Shown piece after piece: positions 37,453-48,774 of a stretch of DNA of 64,000 bases. The notes beneath the pieces are model-generated. The model ran no database searches. It was not told the origin of the DNA and saw nothing but the letters and a program-made list of their open reading frames with translations. Source of the DNA: Psammoneis japonica. Its lineage: Eukaryota. The stretch lies in assembly GCA_008632985.1 (NCBI GenBank), contig QPGO01000016.1:282840-346839 (forward strand). Reading direction: 5' to 3'. Position numbers and translations under genes: made by a program. The first letter of the stretch is position 1, and each line of letters begins with the position of its first letter.

Positions 37453-38351
37453 ATGCTTGACACAAAGTCATCTCATCATGAAGATATCACAAACCATGAT
37501 GATTTGGTCCCTGCTGTTGGAGATTCTTTGCCGCCTGCTTCCAAGCGAGCAACGCTGAAGGCTGAGCAGATGTCACATGCTCCGAGAAGACCAAAAGAGC
37601 GCGACGCAACGATAAATACTCTCGACTACAGCATTAAGCCATCTTATGGTATTAACGATATCTCATTCTGTCGAATTTTCAATGACTCGTTGAAATTTCA
37701 CAAAATAAATTAATTCACAGCATGGAAAAGCCTGTTGGAGATCAATCTGACGGTGAACTCCCGAAAGGAAAGCCACCAGAAACAACAAGACACGTATGGT
37801 TTCAACAATCGAACAATGGAATAAAAACCACCATTTTGGGTCCGCTTCTCAAGCCTTCATCCGAAATGAGCAAGGACGAAAAGGAAGCAATCTGGTGGCA
37901 GCAATCCGATTTTCATGTGTTTGCCAAGGACATTGCGAGCATTTGCTGTCATCGCGGTTGGTTATCAGAGAATGCCAGTGGATCATACACCTCAACGTTA
38001 CGCAAGGTTTATAAAAAGTGCTCTTCTCGGACTCCATTTGTAGGCGACGACTACCGATCAGTTCTCAGTGATCGTGAGATGCAGGAGCTGGTCCTATGGA
38101 TTAGAGTCACGACCTCAAGACGAGGGCTCGAACGAATTTCGATCCCATTTCTCGTTGAAGCTCGTAGACGAGGCAGGGATCAAGCTGTTCGATCCGTAAT
38201 TGAGCACCAGAAACGAGTTGGATTTGTCTTTAATTCCGATTCAAAGTGCGATTCACTACGGACCTTCCTGGAGAAGCGCACGCAGCCAGCAAAGATATTT
38301 GCACGACTTTTGGCAGAAGCGGATGCAGCCGTATGTGGTGATTCTCTTTGA
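37453..38351 (+). CDS. Diatom-type hypothetical protein (VxF..WW..RGLE family); frameshift near 37706
   Basis: IWWQQSDF..RRGLER..AVRSVIEHQKR..AEADA pattern; the duplicate has one extra base at the frameshift site. Confidence 0.7.
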
Positions 38352-39092
38352 CACTAGCCTTTACTTTTATTTAGTAACTATCCTATTGCTGTTTGAGATA
38401 AGTCTCGAAGTCGCCCTCTCAAAATGTGACCGCTCCATAATTCCAGCTTAGGAAACGTGAGGCTTTATGTGATCAAAACTTGCGAGAACTATGAAACTGA
38501 TAGAAAAACGGCCATTGAATTTGAAAGAGCAAATTGAATGAACTTTTAGAGTACTATCGAGAGCATGTGGAAAATAAGGAGTTTGATTGCATTGTCAAAG
38601 ACAGGCGACATCTTCGTTACAATGTCTCAACAAAATTGAATATCTTGGAACGGAAATCTTTGAAGTCATTATCAAATATGGTGACCAGACACGTTGCGAC
38701 TTTGCATGATATACCAGGTGTGCTATGAAGCACTTCAATGAGGTACAAGCCATGCTGACGCTGATTCTAGCAGTTTGCGCATGAGTTTCGTGGTGTTTCG
38801 TTGAGATGCACCACACCGATGCCGGTGACGCGTTCAGCGCCCTGACATCTCTACGAAAAGGTCTGGAGCCATTTCTACTACATTAGGAATATACAAGACG
38901 CGTCGGCATCGATCACAAATCAGGTTATTTTTGCCCGTGTGCGTTCGTCTATGGCGGGCAATGGCACATTCCTGCATTTCTGAGGCCTGGCTCCATTAAG
39001 GGTTATCCCTTGGCTTGAGTCAGTCTATCATATTTAGCAAAGGACAGAAGATAATACTCGTCTCGATACCAAAAACTAAACAGGAAGCTTTC

Positions 39093-39494
39093 TCATTTTT
39101 TCCCTTTCTTTTTCCCCGCACTCAATCCAGCACTGAGCATATCATCGAGATTAGCAGCTTCCTTTTTCTTTCGTTGCGCCTTGGTCAATCCATCACCACC
39201 CCCACCACCGCCTCCTTTTCCTCCCTTGTTTCCAGATACAGCTGCAATCAATTCTGCCTGGATTTCTTTTGCTCCCGGAAAGCATTCTTCCAGTGTCTTT
39301 CCGTGCTTCCCGGTAGCATGCGCTTTGAGTTCGGTGTTTGTTTTTGTAACTTTCAGCTCAACTTGGCACACCGAACACTGCGACATTTTCGGGGGATCCT
39401 TGACTCGGACAATTCTTCCCATTTCGTCGCCAATACCATTGGCTCGATTTTGTTTCTGGATGCGCTTTCTCTCTGCCTTGTTGGATTCCGGCAT
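39093..39494 (-). CDS. Small C2H2 zinc-finger protein (zf-met2/ZNF706-like)
   Basis: CSVCQ..LKAHATGKHGKTLEECFP with basic termini. Confidence 0.8.
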   Translation of the reverse strand: MPESNKAERKRIQKQNRANGIGDEMGRIVRVKDPPKMSQCSVCQVELKVTKTNTELKAHATGKHGKTLEECFPGAKEIQAELIAAVSGNKGGKGGGGGGGDGLTKAQRKKKEAANLDDMLSAGLSAGKKKGKK

Positions 39495-40062
39495 GGTGTT
39501 ATGTTGTTACAGGTACTTTCGATAGTATTCCTGCAAGTACGAGAAGCAGACAACAGCGTTAAAAGCATATGAAACCAAAGCGTTTCGCACCCTACTACTT
39601 CCAAGTCTCACCTGAATGGCCGCCCCGTCGTTAACGATTCGGAGACCGAAGCTCCGGTCTCATTGTTGTGATGAGTAGTAGGGGGTACCGGTACCGGTAG
39701 CGGGGGCATTTGCCAAGTTTTCGGATCGGGTGTTGAGCTCAATCAAATCTGTGTCTGTCATGCATCATGCGGCCCTCACTTCTATCTCCGCAACCTCGCT
39801 CTACTCTAGAGTAGCTACTCTCTACTAGAGAGAGACTACTCTCTCTAGCTCTCTAGAGTAGGGCCCTAGCTAGAGATTAAATACCGGTAATGCTACCGGC
39901 ATCCGTCCACCAGGTACAGTAGTAGTGGTTCGTAGTCTGATGTACTGTACTGGATACGACCTACCGTAAGTAATGGAGATAGGACAGAATCTTTCCTATC
40001 TTCGACAAACACTACCCGGTATTCTTATGCGTATCCAAAGCTGCAGTGGGCATCTAATTATT

Positions 40063-40977
40063 TCACCTAGTGGCTCGACTCAGTTCTTGTGTGAGCCGAA
40101 TCCGGCATCCGTCAGGATCGACCACTCTGCAATCCTCTGGAGAACTGTGGTTCGAATCCTGATTCACGTGAATGCCAGTGTTTCTCAGTTTGTCAATCAG
40201 ATTGGATAGATTTCGACTCGAAACACAAATGCCTTGAAATCCCAAGGAACGATCAGTGTCCTTGCAATAGCTGTACTTGAAGGACTGATCAATGTCCCAC
40301 AAATGTTGAAGCTCTAGAGTAGTGTATGGACGCTTCCAGAGCCATTCTCGATTGACGACTGCATCCACGTCGGAATCTGGAGGGTCTTCAGTTGTAAAGG
40401 CTAAAAAGTACAATGTAAATCGATGAGCCTCGACAGTTTGCCGAGAGAGTAGTTTCATACCCAACCCATCCACATAGAACGCAAGACTTGCTCTTGGATC
40501 TTTGATTCGAAGTGTGATTTGACCAAGCGTTGGTGAGCTTCCTAGCGGATGAGGCTCTGCTGGAAGCTTTTGAAAGTTTTCTCTAAAGTCATGCTGGAGC
40601 AATTCGATGCAATACCCCGTAGGATCGCTGAGGTGGCATAGATATCCAATGTCATAAAACTGGTTTGGCTCACTAACAGGATTCCCCGAACGAACAAGTC
40701 GCTCACGTGCGCGATCAACATCCTGTAGTGTCACTCCGATTTTCCAGTAGCCGTCGTGTCTGCTGTGACGATAGTCCAACTCGTCAAATTCGCGACGGTA
40801 ATGCAGCTCCAACAGCGTAGAATTTGGGAGTGCGTCAAACCCAAGTAAATAGTGCGTGTCATTCCCTTTGACTATCTTTTCCTTCAAAATCATTCCAAAT
40901 TGTTCTTTGTAGAATGCAACCGTGGTCTCGGCGTTTTTAATTCGAAGAACATGATGACTCAAGCGTTCGGATGCCAT
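40063..40977 (-). CDS. GLO1: Lactoylglutathione lyase (glyoxalase I), two VOC domains
   Basis: LRIKDPRASLAFYVDGLGMKLL..FTLYFLA..TLELQHLW; DPTGYCIELLQ. Confidence 0.88.
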   Translation of the reverse strand: MASERLSHHVLRIKNAETTVAFYKEQFGMILKEKIVKGNDTHYLLGFDALPNSTLLELHYRREFDELDYRHSRHDGYWKIGVTLQDVDRARERLVRSGNPVSEPNQFYDIGYLCHLSDPTGYCIELLQHDFRENFQKLPAEPHPLGSSPTLGQITLRIKDPRASLAFYVDGLGMKLLSRQTVEAHRFTLYFLAFTTEDPPDSDVDAVVNREWLWKRPYTTLELQHLWDIDQSFKYSYCKDTDRSLGFQGICVSSRNLSNLIDKLRNTGIHVNQDSNHSSPEDCRVVDPDGCRIRLTQELSRATR

Positions 40978-41411
40978 GACGAAGCTTCACTACTGTATTC
41001 TGTATTGAATCTGAACTCTCCTTCAGCACAAAAACAGTTCTACAATTCAAATTCTTGTGAGCAGAATAAAGAGTCAGTAGGGCCCGTCTGAAGTGACATT
41101 TGCGTCGTACCATGGTCGCGACACGACAATGTCAGAGCTATTGAGTCAAAGCAGTCAAAGATCCAAGATCTTTACCGTTTTCCGAGAGAGAGGTGACTGC
41201 GCTAATTTCAGTCGTGAACGCTGTTCAAGAAGCGAACCCGCGACCATCCCATGACCACGACTCACTCCCCTATGAAACAATACACAGTACCGCGTTGTTG
41301 GAGCTCGGCAAAGAACATTATGCTTACCGATCACCCTGCACTGCAACTCGTGGTGGGAAATGCCTCCTCAGATATCCGAATCCCACAAATTCAAGCCCTT
41401 CGTAACCGAAA

Positions 41412-42967
41412 ATGGGATTGTCCAGGTTCGGTGTTGTTGCTTTCGTTCTTGGTTTAGGCCTCGCAAAGTCACTCGATCCGGATAGTGCAATTCGGCCGAA
41501 ACTGCGAAAATGGGAAGGTGACCCTGATTTTGCCATGGGTCTATGCTTTGGAGACTGTGATGTGGACACTGATTGTCAGCAGGGATTGTCCTGTTTCCGT
41601 CGTAGCAGCACTTCTAGTGTAAGTATTCTTTTCATGAATCAGGACGATCTAAAAGTGCAACCAATGTCGCTAACATTTCTTTCTGATTGAAGGTTCCTGG
41701 TTGTCGTGGCAAGGGAAAGTCTGGTCGTGACTATTGTTATGATGAATTGCTGCTTGGCGGCTCAACATTGCGTATAAAACGCCCTTCCTCCGGAAGCCTC
41801 GGCAGGTGCCTTGGTGACTGCGACGTCGATTCAGATTGTTCCGGGAAATTGGTGTGCGCGCGTCGCAATGACACGAGTCTTATATATGGTTGTTATGGAC
41901 GCGGAGAAAGTGGGCGAGACTACTGCTCGATACCAGAGCCTATGAGTACTAGTAAGCCAAAACCTAAACTGACAAAGGCACCGACACCGGCACCGATGCC
42001 GGAACCACAACCATCAAAATCACCAACGGGGATCAAACACATTGGAACCACTAGAGCTCGATACAAGGGACCTGAAATTCATGAGGCAAAAATCACAGTC
42101 CCGGATGGTACAAGAGAAGGGGATCTACTCGTCCTTGTCCTCCATCGTACCGACGGATTCTTGCCTGTAAATATAAATGGAGACTACATTAGCGGGTGGA
42201 CAAGGGCGGCAGAGTGTCACAAGGAAGGCAACAAGAGGGACTGCGCCACATATTATGACTGCAGAACGTGCCTGGAAGGCGACGAACTAGTGGGAACCAA
42301 AAACACATTCTGTTTCAAATTTAAAGACAATGGCAGACTGGGTGGGAGAACAAAGGGTTGGGCCCGAGACCTGGGACAAGCGATTTACTACAAGGCGGCA
42401 GGAAAGGCAGAGTTGAGCGGCTCGCGAACAATCAGGGTCAATTTCAGTCCAGCAACAGGAAGGTTAAATGCTGCGTGGATGTTTCTTTCGGCGATTCGGG
42501 GTGCCGACACGAAGGATCCCATTCGCGATTGGACTGGAAAAGGCTCGGACGGATCGAAATATAGCATATTTCCTTCTGTCTATGGTAAGAAAGGCGATCT
42601 ACTTCTGCTATCACAAGGCTTTGATCAAGGTGCTCCCGGTGTGAAAATCGATAGCTTCCTGGCTCCAAAAGGTTTCGAAGAGTTTTCTTCCGTGTTTGAT
42701 TGCCTTAATCCCAAAAGCCGGTATTCCAAGGAAGAAAGGTGTGACGAAGCGGGCTACTTATTTGGTAAAGTTCTCATCAAAGATGGTAGAACAGGCGAAC
42801 CAGTAACTCGTGGAAGAGGTGCTGGTGAGAAAGGTGACGGGTTGGTTGCAGTCACGATCATGCCTGCAGGCGGAACAAGAGATGACAAAGGCGTAGGCGC
42901 GAGCGAGTGGATGGGTACCAAGGGTAGAAAGTGCCCACCAGGTAGAAAACGACCAAGCAATTCGTAA
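41412..42967 (+). CDS. Secreted frustulin-like protein (two CxGDCD repeats plus unknown C-terminal domain); intron 41619-41692
   Basis: Signal peptide; CFGDCDVDTDC..VPGC..GRDYC; Pro-rich linker; GT-AG intron in frame. Confidence 0.85.
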
Positions 42968-43511
42968 AAGATAGAAGTTTTAAGTACACATTACGCAGTA
43001 TGAACTACTTGTGAGTCTACTGTAAATTCCAGGAACCTGATAAGATACAAATTGGAATGGGCGATGTATTACTGGAAGAAGTGAAGTGAGCTACGCAATC
43101 CACTGCTGGAAAAGTCGGCTTATTTCGATCTTTCCTTCCTTTTCATCTCCCATCGATCTACAGTACGACTAGGATACTTATAGTGGGATGTAAGGTTCAG
43201 TTTGACTCGACATTGGCATAAACCCTTTGGCATTCAGAGATGTTGCGAGGTGCCATTCTGGACAAAAGCAACATGCGAGAGGCGACATTTTTGGAATCTT
43301 GAACCGCGTCCAACTCCATAACAAACTCATGCACGACTGCCGGCTAAAAGTAGAAATTCCACGTAGCCATGACCGAGTACAGAAAAAGAAAATCAAATTC
43401 GCCCATCCCTGCAACATAAATGCACATGGTCGGTTGTCGGTACCGCAAAGGCAAAAGAAGTGAACTTACTCCAGACATCACTTACAATTCTCGGTTTCTT
43501 TATTCATCGCA

Positions 43512-44831
43512 ATGTTAGCACTTCGGCTCATCGTCTTCGTGTTTGCTTTATGTTTGGGAATTTCAGTTGGCGATGAGAAGCCAAAATTACGAAAAGGAGA
43601 CAAAAATGGCTTACTAGATGTCTGCCAAGGTGATTGCAATTCCCGTAAAGACTGCAAACCAGGCTTGTACTGCTTCAAACGCCCGCGCGGCGACACCACG
43701 GAAGTTCCTGGTTGTTCTGGCATGGGGAAACCAGGTCGAGACTACTGCTATAAAAAAGATGAGGACAAGAAGGACGAAGAGGACGACCCGACAGACAACA
43801 CCCTCAAACCAAAGGAACCGACAGGCAACACTCTCAAACCAAAGGAAGCGCCCAACACCAAACCTGCACCACCAGAAACACTAGCTAGGATCGAGCACGT
43901 TGGAACTACCAGGATACGTTACAAAGGGCCTCACATATATAAAGCAAAGATTAAAGTGCCCGAAGGTACTGTTGCGGGAGACCTTCTAGTCTTGGTGCTT
44001 CACCGCACAGACGGATTTTTGCCGATGAGTATCAACGGAGATTTCGGCAACTCTGGGTGGACAAGGGCGGCCGAGTGTCTCAAGAGTGGAAATGGGAAGG
44101 ATTGCGGTACTTTCAAAGAGTGTAAAAAATGCCTTACGAGAGACGAACTCAAAGTCAGAACCAAAAACACATTCTGCCATCATTTCGACGAGGACGGTCA
44201 GTTTGGACCGCATACCAAGGGCTGGGGCAGGGACTTGGCTCAGGCAATTTTCTATAAGGAGGCAGGACCAAAAGAACTCACTGGACCTCGCTCCGTTGTG
44301 ATCAATTTCAACCCGGATAAGGAAAGAGAGAACGCCGCCTGGATGTTTCTATCAGCTATTCGGGGCGCAGACACGAAGGACCCCATTCGCGATTGGACTG
44401 GCAGGGGCTTAGACGATGTGAAACCAACCGTATTCCCCCCTGTTTATGGAAAGAAAGGAGATTTGCTCTTGTTATCCCAAGGCTTCGATCAAGGTGCTCC
44501 AGGTGTTAAGATTGACAGTTTCCTGGCTCCAAAAGGTTTTGTAGAGCTGTCATCAATGTTTGATTGCCTTAATCCACTGAGTCGTCTGTATAAGTCAGTC
44601 AAGTGTGACGAAGCTGGTTACTTGTTTGGAAAAGTCCTTGACAGAGACGGCAGAACTGGAGAGCAAAAAACGCTTGGTACTGGAGCCGGCTCGAGAGGGG
44701 ATGGGATGCTTTCGCTTACGATAATGCCGAAAGGAGGAACCAAAGATAACAGAGGAAGAGGAGCTTCCGAGTGGCTCGGGACTAAAGGCAACAACTGCCC
44801 ACCCACCAGAAGACGACCAGATGATTCCTAA
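43512..44831 (+). CDS. Tandem paralog of the frustulin-like protein (one repeat)
   Basis: CQGDCNSRKDC..VPGC..GRDYCY; C-terminal domain highly similar to the upstream gene. Confidence 0.88.
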   Translation: MLALRLIVFVFALCLGISVGDEKPKLRKGDKNGLLDVCQGDCNSRKDCKPGLYCFKRPRGDTTEVPGCSGMGKPGRDYCYKKDEDKKDEEDDPTDNTLKPKEPTGNTLKPKEAPNTKPAPPETLARIEHVGTTRIRYKGPHIYKAKIKVPEGTVAGDLLVLVLHRTDGFLPMSINGDFGNSGWTRAAECLKSGNGKDCGTFKECKKCLTRDELKVRTKNTFCHHFDEDGQFGPHTKGWGRDLAQAIFYKEAGPKELTGPRSVVINFNPDKERENAAWMFLSAIRGADTKDPIRDWTGRGLDDVKPTVFPPVYGKKGDLLLLSQGFDQGAPGVKIDSFLAPKGFVELSSMFDCLNPLSRLYKSVKCDEAGYLFGKVLDRDGRTGEQKTLGTGAGSRGDGMLSLTIMPKGGTKDNRGRGASEWLGTKGNNCPPTRRRPDDS

Positions 44832-45424
44832 GACAGAAAGCCAGGCGTAGTATTTCGTAGGGCCCTAGTCACTCGTATCGCAGTAGTACTTTAGATTGGA
44901 AATGTTTTCAACATCGCACACACCTGCGCACCGAGTATAACAGGAAATAACGACCGCAGTCTCTCTAAAGAGAGACAACTCGTAGTGAGTCTTTTGTAGC
45001 GTTTTTCGTGGTCCTTATTCCTTTTGATTTTGGATCCGAGCGATTGTTGCAACAGCACACCATGCAAGCTTTAGACATTTTTCACCTGAATCGCTTGGCT
45101 CCACGGAGAATAGCTAGAGCCATTCGAGAAATGTCTATCTGCTACTCTACTAGCTAGGGGGCCTCTGGAGCTAAGAGAAAAAGGGGTTTGTAGTCCCTTG
45201 TCTGCCAATCAGTGCGTATTCATGCACCGACAGCTCGCGAAAATCGCGCTCAGCGCGATTCGCATGTCGGCCGAATACCGATGCGCATCATGATGATGTG
45301 CCATTGGCTGATGCTGAAGTTTGCCTTGGCCCATACCGGTACAGCATCACCAGTTTGCTAGTAACAAGCGAGTATCAGTTAAATTTTCAATGTCTGGATC
45401 AGAAAGACATGTGGAGAATTGAGG

Positions 45425-46863
45425 ATGTGTCCCCCCTGGCCCCTGGAGACGCAAAAGATGGAAACGCAATGTGATGCGTCATGGCTAAGAATGCGTTGCA
45501 GGTCTCCGAGCAGACGACGAAGAAGAAGAGAAAACTGCTTGCTCGTCGCTATGATTTGCACTACAATGGTTTGCCTCGTTGAAAGTTGGAGTCCACCTGT
45601 TTCGCCATGGTTTCATCGTTCCGTGGCTTTAGGAGCAAGCAGCATTTCCATACAAGAAACGAACGGGTCGAAGCAAGCTCATGCCTGGAAGAATCATTTT
45701 AAGTTACGCAAGAGGCACCATCAAAAAGACGCAAAAGCTACAGTCAAGAGCGTCAGGTGGTGTGGAAAGAAAGGCATGTTGCCATTGCAAAAGTATGAAG
45801 GAAGAGCTCTGGATCCCGAAATTCATTTCGGCAAAAAGATCATGGTGAATGCGACAGAAAACAACCTATCTCGCTCTTCACGATACTTGTTGCAACAGAA
45901 CAACTTGAGTAACGAGCAAAAGGAAAAAGTGCAAATGAAAATTCAAGCAGAAGCGCGGGCATCGCAACAAGTACTGGAACGTGAGTTGCATTTGCACGTA
46001 ATTTATCAAGACGCAGACATGGTGGTGGTGAACAAGCCGAGCGGGATCTTGTGCGTTCCGGGAGCGCGACGCAATCCGTCCTTGGTGAATTTGGCGCACG
46101 ATGTGTTTGTTGCGGATGATGATACAAATAGTATAACTGTGGATCAAATGGTGGTTCATCGACTGGATATGGACACTAGTGGAGTTGTCGTGTATGCTCT
46201 CTCGACAAGCGCGTTGTCAACCCTGCACGACGACTTTCGAGAACGAAGAGTCAAGAAAACCTACGAAGCCCTTGTTTGTGGTCACGTTTCAGTCGCAGAA
46301 GGTGACATTGACCTTCCGCTAGAGCGGGATCCGACGCACTTGCCCTTTATGAGAGTAGCTGTTCCACGGGAAGCATCAGTTTTGACGGATCATCCAAACC
46401 ATGCAGGATATCAAAAGTTTGTCAACCAAAAGCCAAAACCAAGTTTCACGTCCTTTCGCGTCTTGTCATGGGAGTATTTGAATGGAAATCCTGTTACGAG
46501 GCTATTGTTGATACCGTTGACGGGAAGGTAGGTTGGTTCATCTCCTGAATTTCATATGCTTCATAATTCTGTCCTTAATCTTTGTTGCTCTTTGTCAGGA
46601 CACACCAATTGCGAGTTCACTGCGCGGCGATTGGGCATGCTATAGTGGGAGACGACATTTATGGGTACAAGGGCGAGGGGTCGCCCAATGCAGGCTTGGA
46701 TGAAGCGTCAATGAAACTGCTGTACCCGTCGCGAGCAAGCACAACGCTACAAGCTCGAATCCACAACGTGGCGAAACACTTGTGCCTGCATGCCCGAGAA
46801 TTATGCATTCATCATCCACAAACGGGCGCACCAATGATATTTCAAGCCAAAACACCATTTTAA
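45425..46863 (+). CDS. RluA-family pseudouridine synthase; intron 46528-46598
   Basis: [42 protein letters not shown]. Start codon uncertain. Confidence 0.92.
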
Positions 46864-46887
46864 CGCTTACCGGTCCGCCTCTTTTCT

Positions 46888-48069
46888 CTAATACCATCCC
46901 AGCTCCTCATCATAGTAGGAAGCTTCGTTGTTTTGATACGGTATGAACGCCTTTGGCAGGTACCCATGCTTTGCCACCCGCTCTGCGACGTCGTACAAGT
47001 ACTCTGCCTCTTGATGTGTTGGTATCGGGTTGGGTGGTAGTGTTGGCGGTTGCATGACTCGAGCACGGGCCCAAAGCGAACTCATGTCGCTGGGAAAGGC
47101 GTGTTCCTTGAGTGGCATTCTTCCAAATACTGTGTAGTGAATGACACAACCCTGCAAATATGTCCCTAGCGGAGAGGCATGAACGTCATCGGAGTGAATC
47201 AGCTTTTCCCACAATTCATAGTCTTCTTCATACACTGTAAGGTAGGCAATTCCCACCGGTGCAATCCTCGGCGCTTGCTCTGGAGGCAATTCCTGTGCCA
47301 CCAACTCCTGGTATAGCGTGTATCCGACATAGGTTAACGAGGTGAACACCGATACGTTCTTTAATCCACTCATATCTCTGTTTTCACTCCAGTACGCGTG
47401 TGTATGGATAAACACTGGAATGGCACCGGTTTGCTGAAACCACGGGATAAAAGTCGAGCTGAGAATGGCGAGGGATTCTTGTCTCGAATCATAACGAGGT
47501 GGACCACGTGTGTTGTCATTCATCACAATGAAATCCCACTGCGGCGTGTTGCTTTCTTGATAAAAGAAATCATAAAGATAATCCAGATAGGTCAGGTCTT
47601 CAAAGCAAGCATTCGTCCCATCAGAATACAGCCGCCCCTCCTCAGGAACCTCATCGTCATCCGTGCCATCTTCAAAGCGATAATCATTCTCGACAACTTC
47701 TGGAATTCTCTCATCGTACCCAAACAGCATTTGTCGAACCGTACAAGCCCCATAATCATGAATTCCCTCTTCCACAAGCGCATCAGTGGTGTTGAATTTG
47801 TAAGCCATTCCGTTTCCGGTATACAAAATTGACGTAAAGGTAGCACCCCCGTGCAGACATGAGTTTTGTGTTATCCGTCCTCCACTGAGTGCCTCCATGA
47901 AGCGGGGGGAGTCATTGTAATACTGCATGCTGTTACCGAAGAAGGCAATCCTCACACTCTCATCCAAGTCGGCATGAGGGAGTACAAAGGCGAGCACAAC
48001 CAGTGTTGCTGTTGTGATTGCAAACGTAACAGGCAGGGGACTGAGCCCTGCTGGTAACCATGTCACCAT
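46888..48069 (-). CDS. Membrane-anchored SGNH-hydrolase-like protein
   Basis: N-terminal TM segment; FFGNSMQYYN and DDVHASPLGTYL motifs. Confidence 0.75.
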   Translation of the reverse strand: MVTWLPAGLSPLPVTFAITTATLVVLAFVLPHADLDESVRIAFFGNSMQYYNDSPRFMEALSGGRITQNSCLHGGATFTSILYTGNGMAYKFNTTDALVEEGIHDYGACTVRQMLFGYDERIPEVVENDYRFEDGTDDDEVPEEGRLYSDGTNACFEDLTYLDYLYDFFYQESNTPQWDFIVMNDNTRGPPRYDSRQESLAILSSTFIPWFQQTGAIPVFIHTHAYWSENRDMSGLKNVSVFTSLTYVGYTLYQELVAQELPPEQAPRIAPVGIAYLTVYEEDYELWEKLIHSDDVHASPLGTYLQGCVIHYTVFGRMPLKEHAFPSDMSSLWARARVMQPPTLPPNPIPTHQEAEYLYDVAERVAKHGYLPKAFIPYQNNEASYYDEELGWY

Positions 48070-48774
48070 CGTGTCAAACAAACTAATGATCTACGCAGCA
48101 CAACCCTTTCAAAGTATGAAGAAGAGATTAGATCAAAGAAGTGTGAGTAAAGATACGAAATGAATGAATAAACATCAAAGTATGGGTCGGTGTCAGTCAC
48201 AAAATACCAATGCGAGACCACACCAGTCTGACCGATATTTCTCGCCACAAATCAAACACACAGCATAAACAAGATAGGGGATACTTTTCGTATCTATAAT
48301 AAAGAGATGACAGCAATGGTACGCAACAGAGGAGGTGCATTGAACGAATACACATCAAAGTATGGATCGTGTCAATTCCATGTTTTTTGGTGTTTCTTGT
48401 CGATACGAGAGAACGATGTTTCTCGACAAAGCCCCTACCCACAGCATACCCAAGACATGGGATATCTTTAGTGACTATTGTGAGTCGATACCAGCCAAGC
48501 GAGTCATCAGAAGAAGTGAAATGAACGAATAAATCAAAGTATTGGTTTTGCCGCTTGCCGCTCAAAAATGGCTGACAACAGCGAAGAGACCCATATTTTG
48601 ATTTCTACACAACGACAACACCGTTTCTCGCCAAACCAAGGACCTCACCTAACAGATCGACCTCCTAAAAGTAATATCAGCTTCTCCAATGAACGAAAAC
48701 GATGAAGAATAGCTCAAACAAGGCCGAGTATGGGTCGGCGCTGGCGTCATCGCCAAAACGAAATCTGCGATCTA

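Larger units (their letters stand above)
31957..38030 (+). repeat. Tandem segmental duplication of about 2.25 kb (31957-34208 and 34209-38030)
   Basis: Both units begin TGCAGTTTTCTCTGTGCAGTCAATGACC and end AAGTGCTCTTCT(T/C)GG; colinear apart from the insert in unit 2. Confidence 0.92.

Noticed and set aside
48150..48550. Short recurring ATCAAAGTATGG-type motifs
   Set aside because: Three short degenerate copies with irregular spacing; no function can be supported.
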